This document shows, one piece after another, positions 41,242 to 54,700 of a stretch of 64,000 nucleotides of DNA; positions within the stretch are counted from its first letter, which is position 1; the number at the start of each line of letters is the position of its first letter. The notes below the pieces were generated by a model. It searched no databases, was not told where the DNA came from, and saw nothing but the letters and a program-made list of their open reading frames with translations. The translations under genes were made by a program, and so were the position numbers. The DNA is from Cycas panzhihuaensis (lineage: Eukaryota > Plantae > Cycadophyta). The stretch lies in assembly GCA_023213395.1 (NCBI GenBank), contig CM041465.1, positions 203,305,741 to 203,369,740 of the forward strand, read 5' to 3'.

Positions 41242-42626
41242 TACTATGGTTTCATCCATACAAACATATTTCTATCTAAAAGCATCAGATTTTATAGCTA
41301 TTTCTCACAATTAAATATTTATAAAAATAAGAAATGTTCAAAAGAAATTGAAATTAAATTTAAAAACCTATAAATTATTTATAGGATAAAATATTTATAA
41401 AATGTAAAAACACATTATAAAGTGACTTTTTCAAATAAGCGATGATAAAATAGAGCAAAAATATTTTAAAGAGAATCCATTAGAAAAAGGGAGCACATAA
41501 CAGAAAATTAAATTAAATTAAACATTAGGTGAAAATTTTGTGGGTTTGTTTTTAGTTTTGTGGTTGTAAGCTCAAAGAGTGTTCTTGGGGTTCGACAGAG
41601 ACACAGGATGTGAAGCTCTACAATCCAAAAGTTCCATCACTCTAAAGCTTAAATGAATTTACACCAGATCTGTTGCTTAGCCAGCACTCTTCTCCTGTTC
41701 TGCTTTCAACTGTAGTTTGTCAATGCTCTGCTCTAAATGGTCCACAGCTGGAACGCAAATGCTCATTGGTTGTTAAGTCGCATTATATTTCTCATCGAAC
41801 AAATTCCCCAGTTGCCACAGTGAGTTTACACTTTAACTTCAGCTTGCCAGTGTATTTTCCCTGTGAATGGGGTTGAATATATTAATTTTTCTAATCGTTT
41901 CAGTTGTTGATTGTCATCCCTCCACAACAGTTCAATTTTTGACTTTGGGGTTTAAGCGAGCCACTGCCTCAAATTCTTCACATTTGATGGTCAACGTTTC
42001 AGTGTGTTCAATTTTTTAATATTCACCATTTAATCAGCAGCCATTGTAGATTCAATTGATAAGCGAATTTTAAAATTTTCTAGCAAACATTGCCACTATG
42101 GCTAAAACAAAAAATGAATGGAGCCCAATGACATAATGTCATTATAGGTGCTTGCATTTTAGGTTTCCTTGTTAAATTTTTGATAAGAAGTCATGGATTT
42201 TTCCTACCATGACTTAGCACATAAAGAAATGGAATCTAAAGAATATACACACTTCTTTGAAGTATTAAATGGCTTTGCATTGCTAAAGATCAGATCCTCT
42301 GTTAACATGATCCATTCCACCATGGTTTCCCCAAATACTTCTATGAAGCACCATTTTCTTGACATCAAATTTTGGATATTAAATAAAATATTACTGAATG
42401 ATAAATAATGTAAGATGCGGTTTCACATAATTACAAACACCAATTTTCATGCCCTGCAGAACCCAACGATAACATGAAAGACATTCCACAGAAATAATTA
42501 TTAGTAACACAATATGTTCCATACATAACCACACCGGGACGGGCAGTTCCCTACAGAACCTTAGGCCAGTATAGTCCCTTGGTACCCCAAAAATTCTCTT
42601 TAATGACTGATTTCTATGAAATACCT

Positions 42627-42711
42627 CTACACAGCAATAGCACCTATAGATGCTGTGGCCGGAACAGTGTCTTGTCTTTTCTTGTTTGAACCATACTTCT
42701 TGGTAATGAAC
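42627..42711 (-). CDS. PHR2: PHR2 exon 4 (FITKKYGSNKKRQDTVPATASIGAIAV*)
   Basis: Acceptor TTTTCAG|GTT, 85 nt to the TAG stop. FITKKY and PATA are conserved PHR2 C-terminal motifs. Confidence 0.92.
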
Positions 42712-45700
42712 CTGAAAATTCAACAGTGACGCAGAATTTGATAAGGTCCACAAGAATCAGATAATACTTGGATTTGGAATAGAAATATAAACATCCACAA
42801 AGCATATTCATTTTCAACGGCCAACATACCTGAAGAAGTCCCTCCATAAAAGCTCAAAGATCAGCCAATTCAATCCGCCATCAACAGAAACAGCACGGGA
42901 ATTTTTTCCCGCCGAGGAAAAAACAGATCTAGGAGATACAAATATTATTTGTGTCAATTATCATCAATAATCGTGAATAACAGAATATTTACAAGAAGAG
43001 ACGAGAACAGAAACATCCAGGGGTTTCACAACAACTAGGGGTTTACCAAAAACTTCAGCACCAAATGCATTGGACGTAACCAATTACAAAAGTTCTTCAA
43101 TTTTTTTCTTGGTTTCAAGCAACCCATAATATTCAAAAGCAAATGGGCAGGAAATGGATTCACCTCTTCTCATTTTTCTTCAACTCCTCAAACAGATAGC
43201 GTGGTGAAAGGCAGCCCATGGCCAACCAAGGTGAGATCTTACATGAGAAGTTAGCACCATATAGATTATCTCCACTGCCATCCTTCCCCATTTTGTTAGG
43301 CTGCTCTCTACATTCGGCAGCAAATCTTTTAAGCCTTTGCAATGCTTCTGCTTCGCCTCCAATAAGTGAAGCATTAGCAGGATTTTTGCCATCCTTCAAA
43401 AACATAGAGCTCTTTAAACCATTGATGCCAAGGAAACAAGTTAATATCACTATCTACAAAGCAGTATATGCAATATCTTTGTTGACACAAAGGCACACGT
43501 AATGAAGGACTATCTTGTCAAAGTCCTGATCCATGATTAGATGGATCAAATGGTGGACTGGAAAAAAGAAAAAAAAAATTGCTGACATAATTCATAAAAC
43601 TTGGAAACAAATATAACAAGGCAGACACACTTTAAAATCACTAACAAAATCATTAACAAGATAAAAGTTGCAGTATTAACATCATAATAATACACTCGCT
43701 CCTGGCTTTTAACCAAGAAAAAAAACAAAAGAGGATGCACTTTCTAGGGGCCAAATGATCAACGCAGTGCATGACTGCAAACAAAATATAAAGCAACCTG
43801 CTTATCAAAAGATTCCTTCCAACCAGTTCCGTCAGTACATCACATAGTAACAAAAAGCAGATGGGACCCTTTCACTTGAAACCATTATTGGATCTTATTC
43901 TTGGATGGTACTCCCCCATCACTTATTTGATACTAATTGCTCCACACATTTGGCACACACCATACTATTTTTTCTCGAACTATTACCAAACCACTAACCA
44001 AATTCGACAAGGAACTCCAACTCAACCTAAATTCATGGCTAAACTACTAAATGATGATTATACTTTCAACAACAACTGAATTGAACCCTAAGCAAAGTGA
44101 GTCTAATAAACAAAGAAAATTAGTTCACAACAACTGTAGTGTGCCATGTCTAGGTTCGCTTTCCGCCCATGTTCCATTGAATTATGAAACGATAAGATCG
44201 GAATTCAGATCTCCACTAAACATATTTAAATACCTTCCCATAAAATTTGATGAAATTTAAAGTCTATTTAACCATGTTCTCCGATTAATTACTAATGAAA
44301 AATCTCAAAAAAAAGGTCAAAAAATGACATATGGAATCCTACTAAGTAAAAAAATGTCAAAATAAGAAAGCTGACACATTGAACCTAAAATATCTTTTGT
44401 CAAAACTGAAGTGAACATTATTATAAATGCTTTGGTCAATTTTCAGGAGATTCCAATATGGGGAACATCCTTTTCAAAAAAAGAAAAAAAACTCCATCAA
44501 GCCGACTTTTAATGACTATCATCAGAATACACAAATAATGTACAATGAAAAGCAATATCTTTGAGAGCGGAAATGTCTGCACCAACCTACATACTGAACT
44601 ATGAAGGTGGTCCTATCCATTAGAAGACAATTTGTTGGCAAATGAGGACATCAAATATCAAAAAAATTATATAAACAAGCCAGACAATTTGACAGAACCT
44701 GATGAATAGTCATTCTTTATTCTTTCCTTCATTATTCTTTTTTCTTGTTTATTCTTTCCTTATTGTATAAATAGCAGGTAACGCATGGATGACAAGTGTC
44801 CATCATACGAACCTCCCACTCATATATTTATACTTGAAGAATTTAATGAATGGCACTCCAGATTTCTGCATTCGTCCCTCTTCTCTCGATGTCTTCACAC
44901 CAAACTGGTATCAAAGCAGCTTGGACCCACTTGCAGCCAAAGCAGAATATGTGTTGACAGCTCCTGCTCCGAGGGCGAGATAGCCTCGTAATATGCATAA
45001 TACATGCGAGCTCCACCCTTTCGTCACCACAAAATACCTTGATTCAGTGGGCAACGCCTCCTTTGGAAACCCGTGGGCTTCAGTGCTGGTCCATCCAACC
45101 ACAAATTCAGCTCGTGTTTCTTATCTTTGCCTGCTTTCTTGGTTCTGCATTTGGCTTTGAGATTCGGCTTTGCGAATATCTGTACCATAAGGAATCGATG
45201 GTGTGCATATCTTAAATCTCCGAGGCGATGCCATTGCAATCTCAGACACCCTTCTTCGCATATACTGCTCCACCCGACGTTCGGGGTGCCTACAATTGAT
45301 CGAACTAACAAGTTTGAATCCGCTCGGATCACATACGCCTTTGGAATGATACAGTGCAGGCCCACTTGCTCCTCGATTCACGAAACCCTAGCATATGGGT
45401 GCTCGTAACAATTGTCACTATTTGAGGATTCACATGCGAAATTTGGGAAGAATTTGACATCTGGATTGCTCGATATCTGCTCGTGAAGCCACATCGAATC
45501 GCTCGATTGCATACGACTGCCAAAAAAAATTTTGACCTTCTAATGTTTTATTAGTTTGGATTATATTAAAAAGAATATACTCAACATATTCCAAAGTAAA
45601 TTGACCCTTTTAACTTTAGCTTAACTTTTGTAAATTGAATTGAAAAAAAAAAAGAAGAGGATCTTTGATACTTATTTTATTTTGTCTTCACATTAGGCCT

Positions 45701-48700
45701 TGCAGTCCTCGAGTGCCATCACTCACACTTGTGGCCCATCCATACGCAGGCATTTAATAGGAATATATCCTCTCAAACATCATTTTGTAAGTATATTGCC
45801 ATAAGCCCTTCCTGGGCAAGCATACCCCACCAGCGATGTCTCGTGAACAAGAAGAACAGTCTCACCCAGACCTCTCTGAGTTGCTTGCACAAGAGTTGCA
45901 AGAATAGAGGCAAGATTCACAGACGTTTCAGCATAACCTAGTCAACAACATGATGACAATGTTCCAACAACTACTGCACCACCAAGCTCCTATGGCAATT
46001 ACTCTACCACTATAATTTAAATTGGATGCTAGAATATCCATTCCACTTTTTGATGGAAGACTAAATGCATATAAGTTAGATGATTGGCTTTGGAGCTTAG
46101 AGGCTTACTTCAAAACTCAACGGTTAACAAAGCAACAAAGACATATGATAGTCAAGGTACACACAGTCAAACAAGCTTTGACTTGGTGGCAAGGATACAG
46201 TAGGCAACAACCAATCCTTGCTTGGAAAGCATAGCCATCAAAGGGCATTTTTATCCACTTGGGTACCTAGATAAACCTCACAAAACAATGGTTACACATC
46301 AGACAATTGTCAAGGCAATCGGTACAACAATACATTGATGAATTCTTGAAGTTCTGAATCAGACCAGAGATTAGTGAACCCAACCATCTCCTAAAGCTCA
46401 AATTCATTGGAGGATTGTATTCACATCTACAACAAGAGATGGCATTACTTCAAGTACCAACTCTAGAAGCGACTTCGCTAATCTAGAAAAACCTAATCCA
46501 AATTAAGTACTGATGGCAAAAGAGTACTCAACACTAGGGCGAGAAAAGCTATTCACCCACAACAGCCAAAGTAAAGACAGAATAGCATTCTGCATCATAA
46601 ATAACGACAACAAAAAAAATTTAATTTCTAAATCAATGGTAGACACTCTACAGCTACCCACCAAGCCACACCCACGACCATACACTCTCGGATGGGTCAC
46701 TGCCAGTGGACAACCCACAGTCATCGACCACATCTGCACAGTTACCTTCACCATCCCACCACTTATAAATATCGTCGACTATGATGTAACTTCAATAGAT
46801 TACAACGACTTACTCCTCGGTCGACCTTATCAACATGATCATTGGGCACTCTATGATGAGTACCTTAATACCTATACAATCAACAAAGACGACAAGGCAT
46901 ACAAACTCATCGTAGCAACATTGTTGACAACCATAGTGACATTAGTTTCAGGCAATCAAGCATCCAAATTAATCAGCACATCCAAATCCATGGCCCTTTT
47001 CATCATTTGCCAACCAAAAACAGACGATTGTAATAAAATTCCACCAATAGCAATAAAGACTATCTTAGAGGCGTACACCGATGTGTTTAATGAACCAAAA
47101 GGGCTACCTCCTCTAAGAGCAATTCAACACATCATCAAACTCTTGCCCAGTGCATCATTACCTAACCAATCTCCATATCGAGCCACACCTATTACTAAAG
47201 CTGAGCTCGGAAAACAATTGGCAGAGTTAATAGATGAAAGAAAAATTTAGCCCAATTGCTCTCCTTGCGAATCCCCAACAATTCTAGTACCTAAGAATGA
47301 CAATGATTGGTGACAGTGTATCAACTATAGAGCTCTCAATAAAGTAACAGTGAAGAACAGGTACCTAGTGCCACACACAGACGACTTGCTCAATCAGCTT
47401 CAAGGAGCGAAATACTTCTCCAAAATTGATTTGGCCTCCAGTTACCATCAAGTCCAAATGAACGCCAAGGATACCTAGAAGACAGCATTCAAACCACAAC
47501 ATGGATTATATGAATGGCTTGTGATGCATTTCGGACTTACTAACGCTCTCACCACCTTCATGCAACTCACCACCGACATCTTTTGTCCACATCTTGGCAA
47601 ATTCATTATTGCTTATTTAGATGATATATTGCTCTACAGTACAACCTTACAAGAGCATAAAAAACATCTTGACATAATTCTATCACTATTACGAGAACAC
47701 TAGTTAAAGGCCAAGCTCCAGAAGTGCTCGTTTGGCCAAACTACTATCTCCTACCTTAGCTTTGTCATAAATGATCAAAGAATTCAAGTCGACCCAACAA
47801 AGGTCCAATTTATAAGGGATTGGCCTACTCCCAACAACCTCACCCAACTCAAAAGCTTCCTGGGTAGCATCAACTTCTATCGAAAATTCATCAAGCATTT
47901 TGTGAGCATTGCACCACCATTGAATGCTCTCAACAAAAACATAAAGGAATTCACATGGAGCTCTCAGGCTGAATCAACATTCCAGAAATTAAAAGGCTCC
48001 CTTTGCAAGACTCTAGTTCTCTAACTACCCAACAAGGAACAACCTTCCGAACTCATGACAAATGCCTCTCAATTTGCTTTGGGCACAGTACTTAAGCAAG
48101 GATGACACCCCATTGCCTATCACTCAGAAGCATTCTCATAAGCCAAGCTAAATTATAACACATATGACAAGGAATTATTTGCCCTCGTCTAAGCTCTTAA
48201 ACACTGGCGACATTTCCTACTTGGCAAGGAAACTATAGTTCATACTGATCATCAACCATTGCAACTCCTCAATATCCAATCAAAAATTCATGAGCACAAG
48301 CATCTCAAGTGGGCATCTTATATGCAACAATTCAACCTCATTATTGAGTACAAGAAAGGAGAATCTAATAAAGTAGCAAATTTCTTCAGCCAGTGGCACT
48401 CACCACACTAATAAACAATCACATTATCTCCTAAGTAGATTGGCGACATCTCTACCATACAGATCCTCAATCTCAGCCTATTATGCAGGCACTAGCACAT
48501 CCAACAACCACCAATCTGGAACCTTACTTGGATTACCACATTAAGGACGACTTATTACACAAACTGAATAAGCTCTGCATACCTACAGGTGCACCACGAC
48601 AATAGCTTCTTAAAGAAGCCCACTCATCCTCCTACAACAATCATTTTAAGACTCAAAAGACACTTCAACATTTGCAACGATACTTTTACTAGCCATCCAT

Positions 48701-51700
48701 GTGGAAAATGGCCAAAGCATACATCCGACGATGCTCCCTATGCAGTCAATCTAAGCCAGCAAATAGGAAACTCGGTCTTTATCAACCATTACCAATTCCA
48801 ACCCGACCACGGTAATCAATTTCAATAAACTTCCTCAATGGACTACCCACCACATAATATGGCAACAACTACATCTTTGTTGTTATATGTTGATTCTCCA
48901 AAATGGCCATATTTATACCATGCAACAAGAAAACTCTACCACGCAAGTTGCCACACTTTTTTTTCCAACATATTTGGAACCACTTTGGATTACCACTCTC
49001 TATCATCTCAAATAGGGATAGTTGTTACCTGAGTCACTTCTGGCAATCCTTATAGTAGATACTCGAATGTCAACTCAAGTTCTCTACATCCTTCCATCCA
49101 TAGACAGATGGCCAGACCGAAGTGTTTAACAGGACACTAGTTCAAGCTCTCAAAATTTCTCATCTTCACAATAAACAATGGGATATACACCTCCACCATA
49201 TTCAACACAACTACAATCGAGCAGTTCATCAATCAACAAGACACTCTCCACTTGAAGTTTGCTATGGTTACCAACCTCTAGCCCTGTACGAACTTCCTTT
49301 AGCATTACCATCTCCAGCCACCAAGTATGACGACAGGGAATGGGAAAGGGCCACTAACTTCATTGAACATCTTTCGCGCCTACACACATTAGTCCAACAG
49401 ATACTACATAACACTCAGAAAAACTACAAGACTCAACATGATCAACATCGAGTGTCAACTAGTTTCAACGTCGATGACAAAGTTGGCTCCACTTGGATAG
49501 ACAAAGGTTCAAACACCATCACAAGCTCAAACCTATAAGGTTTGGACCTTATACCATTCATCAACAAGTTGGCCCCAATGCTTATCAACTCAACTTACCT
49601 GCACATTTAGGAATTCACAATGTAGTGAACATCAACCAATTAAAATTATACAAGCCCCCACATTAGAAGTGAAACCCTTTCCCATATATGCATCAGATAC
49701 AATTCCCGACATTCAACCACCACTACAGGAAGATATTTTGTTGGACACCACACAACGGCGCACTCAACAGAAGCTCACCACCACATACCTTGTTGGTAGA
49801 AAAGGAGCCCGACCCACACAAGCCAAGTGGATCCCAGAAGCAACTTTCCTCCACAATTTCCCCCATCTTCAATAGAAATTGAGGACAATTTCTTCTCCGT
49901 AGGGAGGAACTGATGAATAGCCATTCTTTATTCTTTCCTTCTTCAGTCATTTTTTATTCCTTATTCTTTCCTTTGTTATTTTTTCTTCTTTTTTATTCTT
50001 TCCTTGTTGTACAAATAGCAAGTAACGCATCAACGACAAGTATCCATCATGTGAACCTCCCACTTATGTGATTATACTTGAAGAATTTAATACAATGGCA
50101 CTCCAAATTTCTGCATTCGTCCCTCCTCTTGGTGTCTTCACACCATAACCCGCTCAATCGTACAACAAAATTTACAACTAAGAAGCATACAAATGTGCGT
50201 GAAACTAAAATATAAATAAATGATGATGTTGAAGGATGTGTGGATGGCTAAATACATCCCTCAAAAATACTCAAACAAGCTGCACCTTATATATCTATCT
50301 GTGTGTAAGATTGGATAAAAATAAGCACCAACTAGCACTTGTTTCATTTGTTGACCTCTTTCCACATTTTCATCAATTCTAGTGTTCCATTATTTATATA
50401 TTACTTACTGAATCACTAGCATCAAGGTAGACTAACGAGTAGATTGACTATCCATCACAAGGGAAGAACACTAGTACGACCATCAATTAAGGTGTGGGAT
50501 GCAAACTATTCACATGAAACCCCATGAACTTATATTTTCTGTGTATTTACTTTAATGAAGAAGATGCCGAAGTAAGGTTATCTAGTAAGGGGATGGCTAG
50601 ACAAATATGATCAATAAGCGTAGGATGAGGATTTGGATAAAACAATATAGGAACTGTAGGAAGAAAGTGGATAAGAGGAGGATACATGACATAAAGCACG
50701 TGCACAAATAAGCAACAGATGACAATACATCGATGTTATCACAACTCTCCAACAATCTGCTTATCAAAATAATAGAGTACATAATATATAGATTATGTAT
50801 GTACTAAACATAAGAGTTAGTTCTAACCATATCATAATGGCTAACAAACAACTCCCACAAATTATGGTAGGCTCTCGACTACCATATTTAATATTTCAAG
50901 CATCTTTGACTCCTGCTAATCCCCATATTAAATGACTTAACTAAAAATATTCTGGCTAAGAATATTCCATATGAAGAAATATTCTAATTACATTAGAAAC
51001 GAACTTAAATAAACATGAAAAGAGAATGTACATTATTTACAACACCTTTCCATAATGTTAAGTTCATTTCCTCTCATAAATATCAGTGTCCCAAGTCTCT
51101 CAAACTTCTCACGACCCAAAGTCTAGGTGAGAATATCAATAACTTGATCTTTTCAGGGACAATACATCAACACAACTATGCCATACTCCATACGTTGTCG
51201 AATAGAACAATGGTCAACTTTCACATACATGACTCTGTCATAGAAACCCAATTCTTCGATAGTTGGAAGGCACCTTGGTTGTCCTAGAACAACTGAACAA
51301 GTCAAAGGTGGTTTAAGAATTTCGCTAAGCCAAAATAGCTTCTTGAATGTTGTAACTACTGCTTTGCATACCACCTTGATAGAAGACAAAGAAACTATCG
51401 ACTGTTTCTTATTGCTCCAAGCAATCAACTAGAACTAAGTGCCTATACACATTATGTTGTTGATGAGGCTTTTACTACTGCAAGAAATCAACCAAAACTA
51501 AGTGCCAATACACATCTTGTTGTTGATTAAGACCAACCAGAACTAAGTGTCAATGCACATTCTGTTGTTGATTCAACCTTTACTGCTGCGAGAAATCAAC
51601 CAGGCCTAAGTGGTCATCCACATCCTATTGTTGATTAGGCTTTTATTGCTGCAAGAAGTCAACCAAAACTAAGTGGTCATCCACATCCTGTTGTTGATTA

Positions 51701-54700
51701 TGCCTTCGCAGTTGTCTATACAAAGCTACCAAAAAAAATTTCATCATCCTCATGTTAGTTGTGATCATTAATGTGTGAAAACCATGCTCATTGGTCCTGC
51801 TTCTCCAAATGTCACCATATCGGCAAACAATATCATGCATGATTCTATGCATTATTGTTATTGCTATGTATTTATTGCTTCATAGAATTGTTAGGTGTTT
51901 TCATTAACACCACAACACTGCTACTATCATAACCATTACATAATATGCTACAATAATAAGCTACCCAACTCACCAAGGAAAGAGTTTAGGGTAGTCCACC
52001 TTATCACAAAGTATGATAAGTCTCACGCAAGTTGTTAAGAGTGATATACTCTACAATTTCAGCAACACATTTCACTCGTCTCCTTCAATTTATGTAGATG
52101 AAGCGAGATAGAGCATAGACATTTTATAAGAGTAAAGCAAGTATCAAGACTCTTACAAATCCATGAGAGTCTTCATGCATCATATGCAACAATTTTCCAT
52201 CAAGATGAGTAATTAACTCATTAACAACTGACTAATAATAATCGCTAGTTATTAGGATCCTGTCATGCCATGGCATGACGTGCCATGCCATTAATTGGAT
52301 TTATTTTGGCTTCCTGTCTTCTGCTTCAACAATTTCCGTAGGTCTTCCTAAAGTTTACAGAAAAATATCATCTTTCCACATTACATAAAATTTCCTTCAA
52401 GTCTCAATGAATCTGGCAAGTTATAGCCAATAATTCACAGACATTATATGAGTTTTATAATGAAAAAAATTACCAGAAGTAGTGTCTTAAACTACCGCAA
52501 GTATGAGTGTCTCATATCACTCAGTGACCGCAAGGTGGATAACATTCACAGTACATGTAAAAAGGTTCATAAGACCTTTTAAATACATCATGAAATGTTA
52601 TCATAAGAGGATGGAGTACAATGAAAAATCTTCTTAAAATATGTTCAAGACAAGACAAAGTACATTGAAAAATCCCTTTAAAGTACTCTTTGAATAGTGC
52701 CAAGAGATACTTAAAAAAGACGATAAAATACAAAAGCTTAAAATCCCAGTGAAGTAATCTTAAATTGAAGCCAAAAAAATACCTTTAAAAGAAGACGAAA
52801 TATCAAACTTGGAATAGCTTAATGTCCTCTTAAGGTATCATATCCAATTAATAAAAGAAATATTTCTAAAGAGGATGAAATGCTTAAGAAAGATCCTCTT
52901 GACATATTCTTTTAAATAGAGCCAAAAGTGTACTTTAAAAGGGGATAATCTATATTAAAAATCCCCTTAAAGTACTGTTAAATGACACCTAAAGAAAAAT
53001 ACATTTAAAGAAGATTACTTCATAATATTAAAGAGAAATTAAAGTCCAATGATGAATATGGAAACTATGATTCCAAATGATCAAAGTCCTTTATAAAAGG
53101 TTAAAAAAGAACTTTAAAAATAACAATTTATCAAAATGAGCATATTCTTATGAATATGCTAATATGTATAAGGTAATGTTTTTAAAACATTACAAATTCT
53201 TGAAATATATTGAACGCCAATGTTTTTAAAACATTACAAATTCTTGAAATATATTGAACAGGCACTTCATATTTCTTCGGCGAATTAGGAATGGCAATCG
53301 CGACAAATTTTCCTCCGGTGAAGACATTCTTTAACGACGAAAAAGTTTTCAACAGCGACACCTATTTCTCATTTGGCAGTGACGACTGCTCCAACATTGA
53401 CTGCTACAAACAATGGCGACAAGAGGCTTTGCAACCTTCCGAACAATAGTGAAGAATCAACAAGTGGCTCATGTTTCGCAGGTGTTCTTTGACAACGAAA
53501 TGACTCCTGGCAACAACAACATTCTGCACAGAGCGAACGATGGCTCAACAACGACATTGTGCATACAGCGAACGACGGCTCAACTTTCCATCCGACTACA
53601 GTGGCATCTACAGATGAACGGACGACAGCGGTGAAGGGCAGTCAAGCGATAATCCACGCAAACGACTAATGGGCAGTGAATAGTCCTGCATCGTGCGACT
53701 AGTACAACTCATACAAATGGCTTTATGCACCCTTCTCATAACTGCAGTGTCTACTTATTCTCTATGGATTGACTTGTCTATTCTTCATGTAGATTCACAT
53801 GCCCACTTTTCACAACTAGGGTTATGCTCTAATTGGGTAACAGTCCATAACAAGACAGACCTTTGTGTTTGACATTATGTAAGAGGAGCATAGTCTTTTA
53901 ATAAGACAAAACCTAATACATACATGGATAGAATCACTATTAGATTCTAGCATACAGGTATTAAGAATTTAAGCTCTAATACCATGTAGGAAGAAAGTGG
54001 ATAAGAAGAGGATACAAGACATAAAGCACATGCACAAATAAGCAAGAGATGACAATACGTCAATGTTATCACAACTCTCCAACAATCTCCTTATCAAAAT
54101 AATAAATTACATATATACTAAACATAGGAGTTAGTTCTAAGCATATCATAATGGTTAATTAACAACTCCCACAAATTATGGTAGGCTCTCAACTACCATA
54201 TTTAATATTTCAAGCATCCTTGACTTCTACTAACCACCATATTAAATGACTTAACCAAGAATATTCTAAGAATATTTTCTCACTAAGAATATTCCATGTG
54301 AGCAAATATTCTAATTACATTAGAAATGAACTTGAATGAACATGAAATGGGAATGTACATTATTTCCAACAAGAACTACAAGGCAAACTACAATTAAAAA
54401 AGCAAATCCAAAAATGGGGAGTTAGTATAGTGCAATAGAATTTACAACTAATAGGTATCTAAATGTACATGAAACTAAAATATACATAAATGATGACATT
54501 TAAGGATATGTCGATGGTGGAATACATCCTTCAAAAATACTTAGACAAACTACATTAGAGATATTTATCTCTGGATAAGGGATGGGATAAAATAAGCGCC
54601 AACTAGCCACTTATTTCATTTGTTGACCATTTTACATATCCTCGTCAATCCTAGCATTTTGTTATTTATATATTAGTTATTGAATCATTAACATCAAGGT

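Larger units (their letters stand above)
50655..54371 (-). mobile_element. Non-autonomous Ty1/copia-derived LTR element (3.7 kb) in PHR2 intron 1 (same orientation as the gene)
   Basis: LTRs 50655-51044 and 53985-54371 (TGTAGG...CAACA). PBS TGGTATTAGAGC (plus 53973-53984). TSD GGAAC/AGAAC. The only recognisable coding remnant is RNase H (IAWSNKKQSIVSLSS, ~51100-51430). Confidence 0.88.

Noticed and set aside
51423-51700. Repeat array as CRISPR-like
   Set aside because: Eukaryotic context, no unique spacers, and the units derive from RNase H coding sequence.
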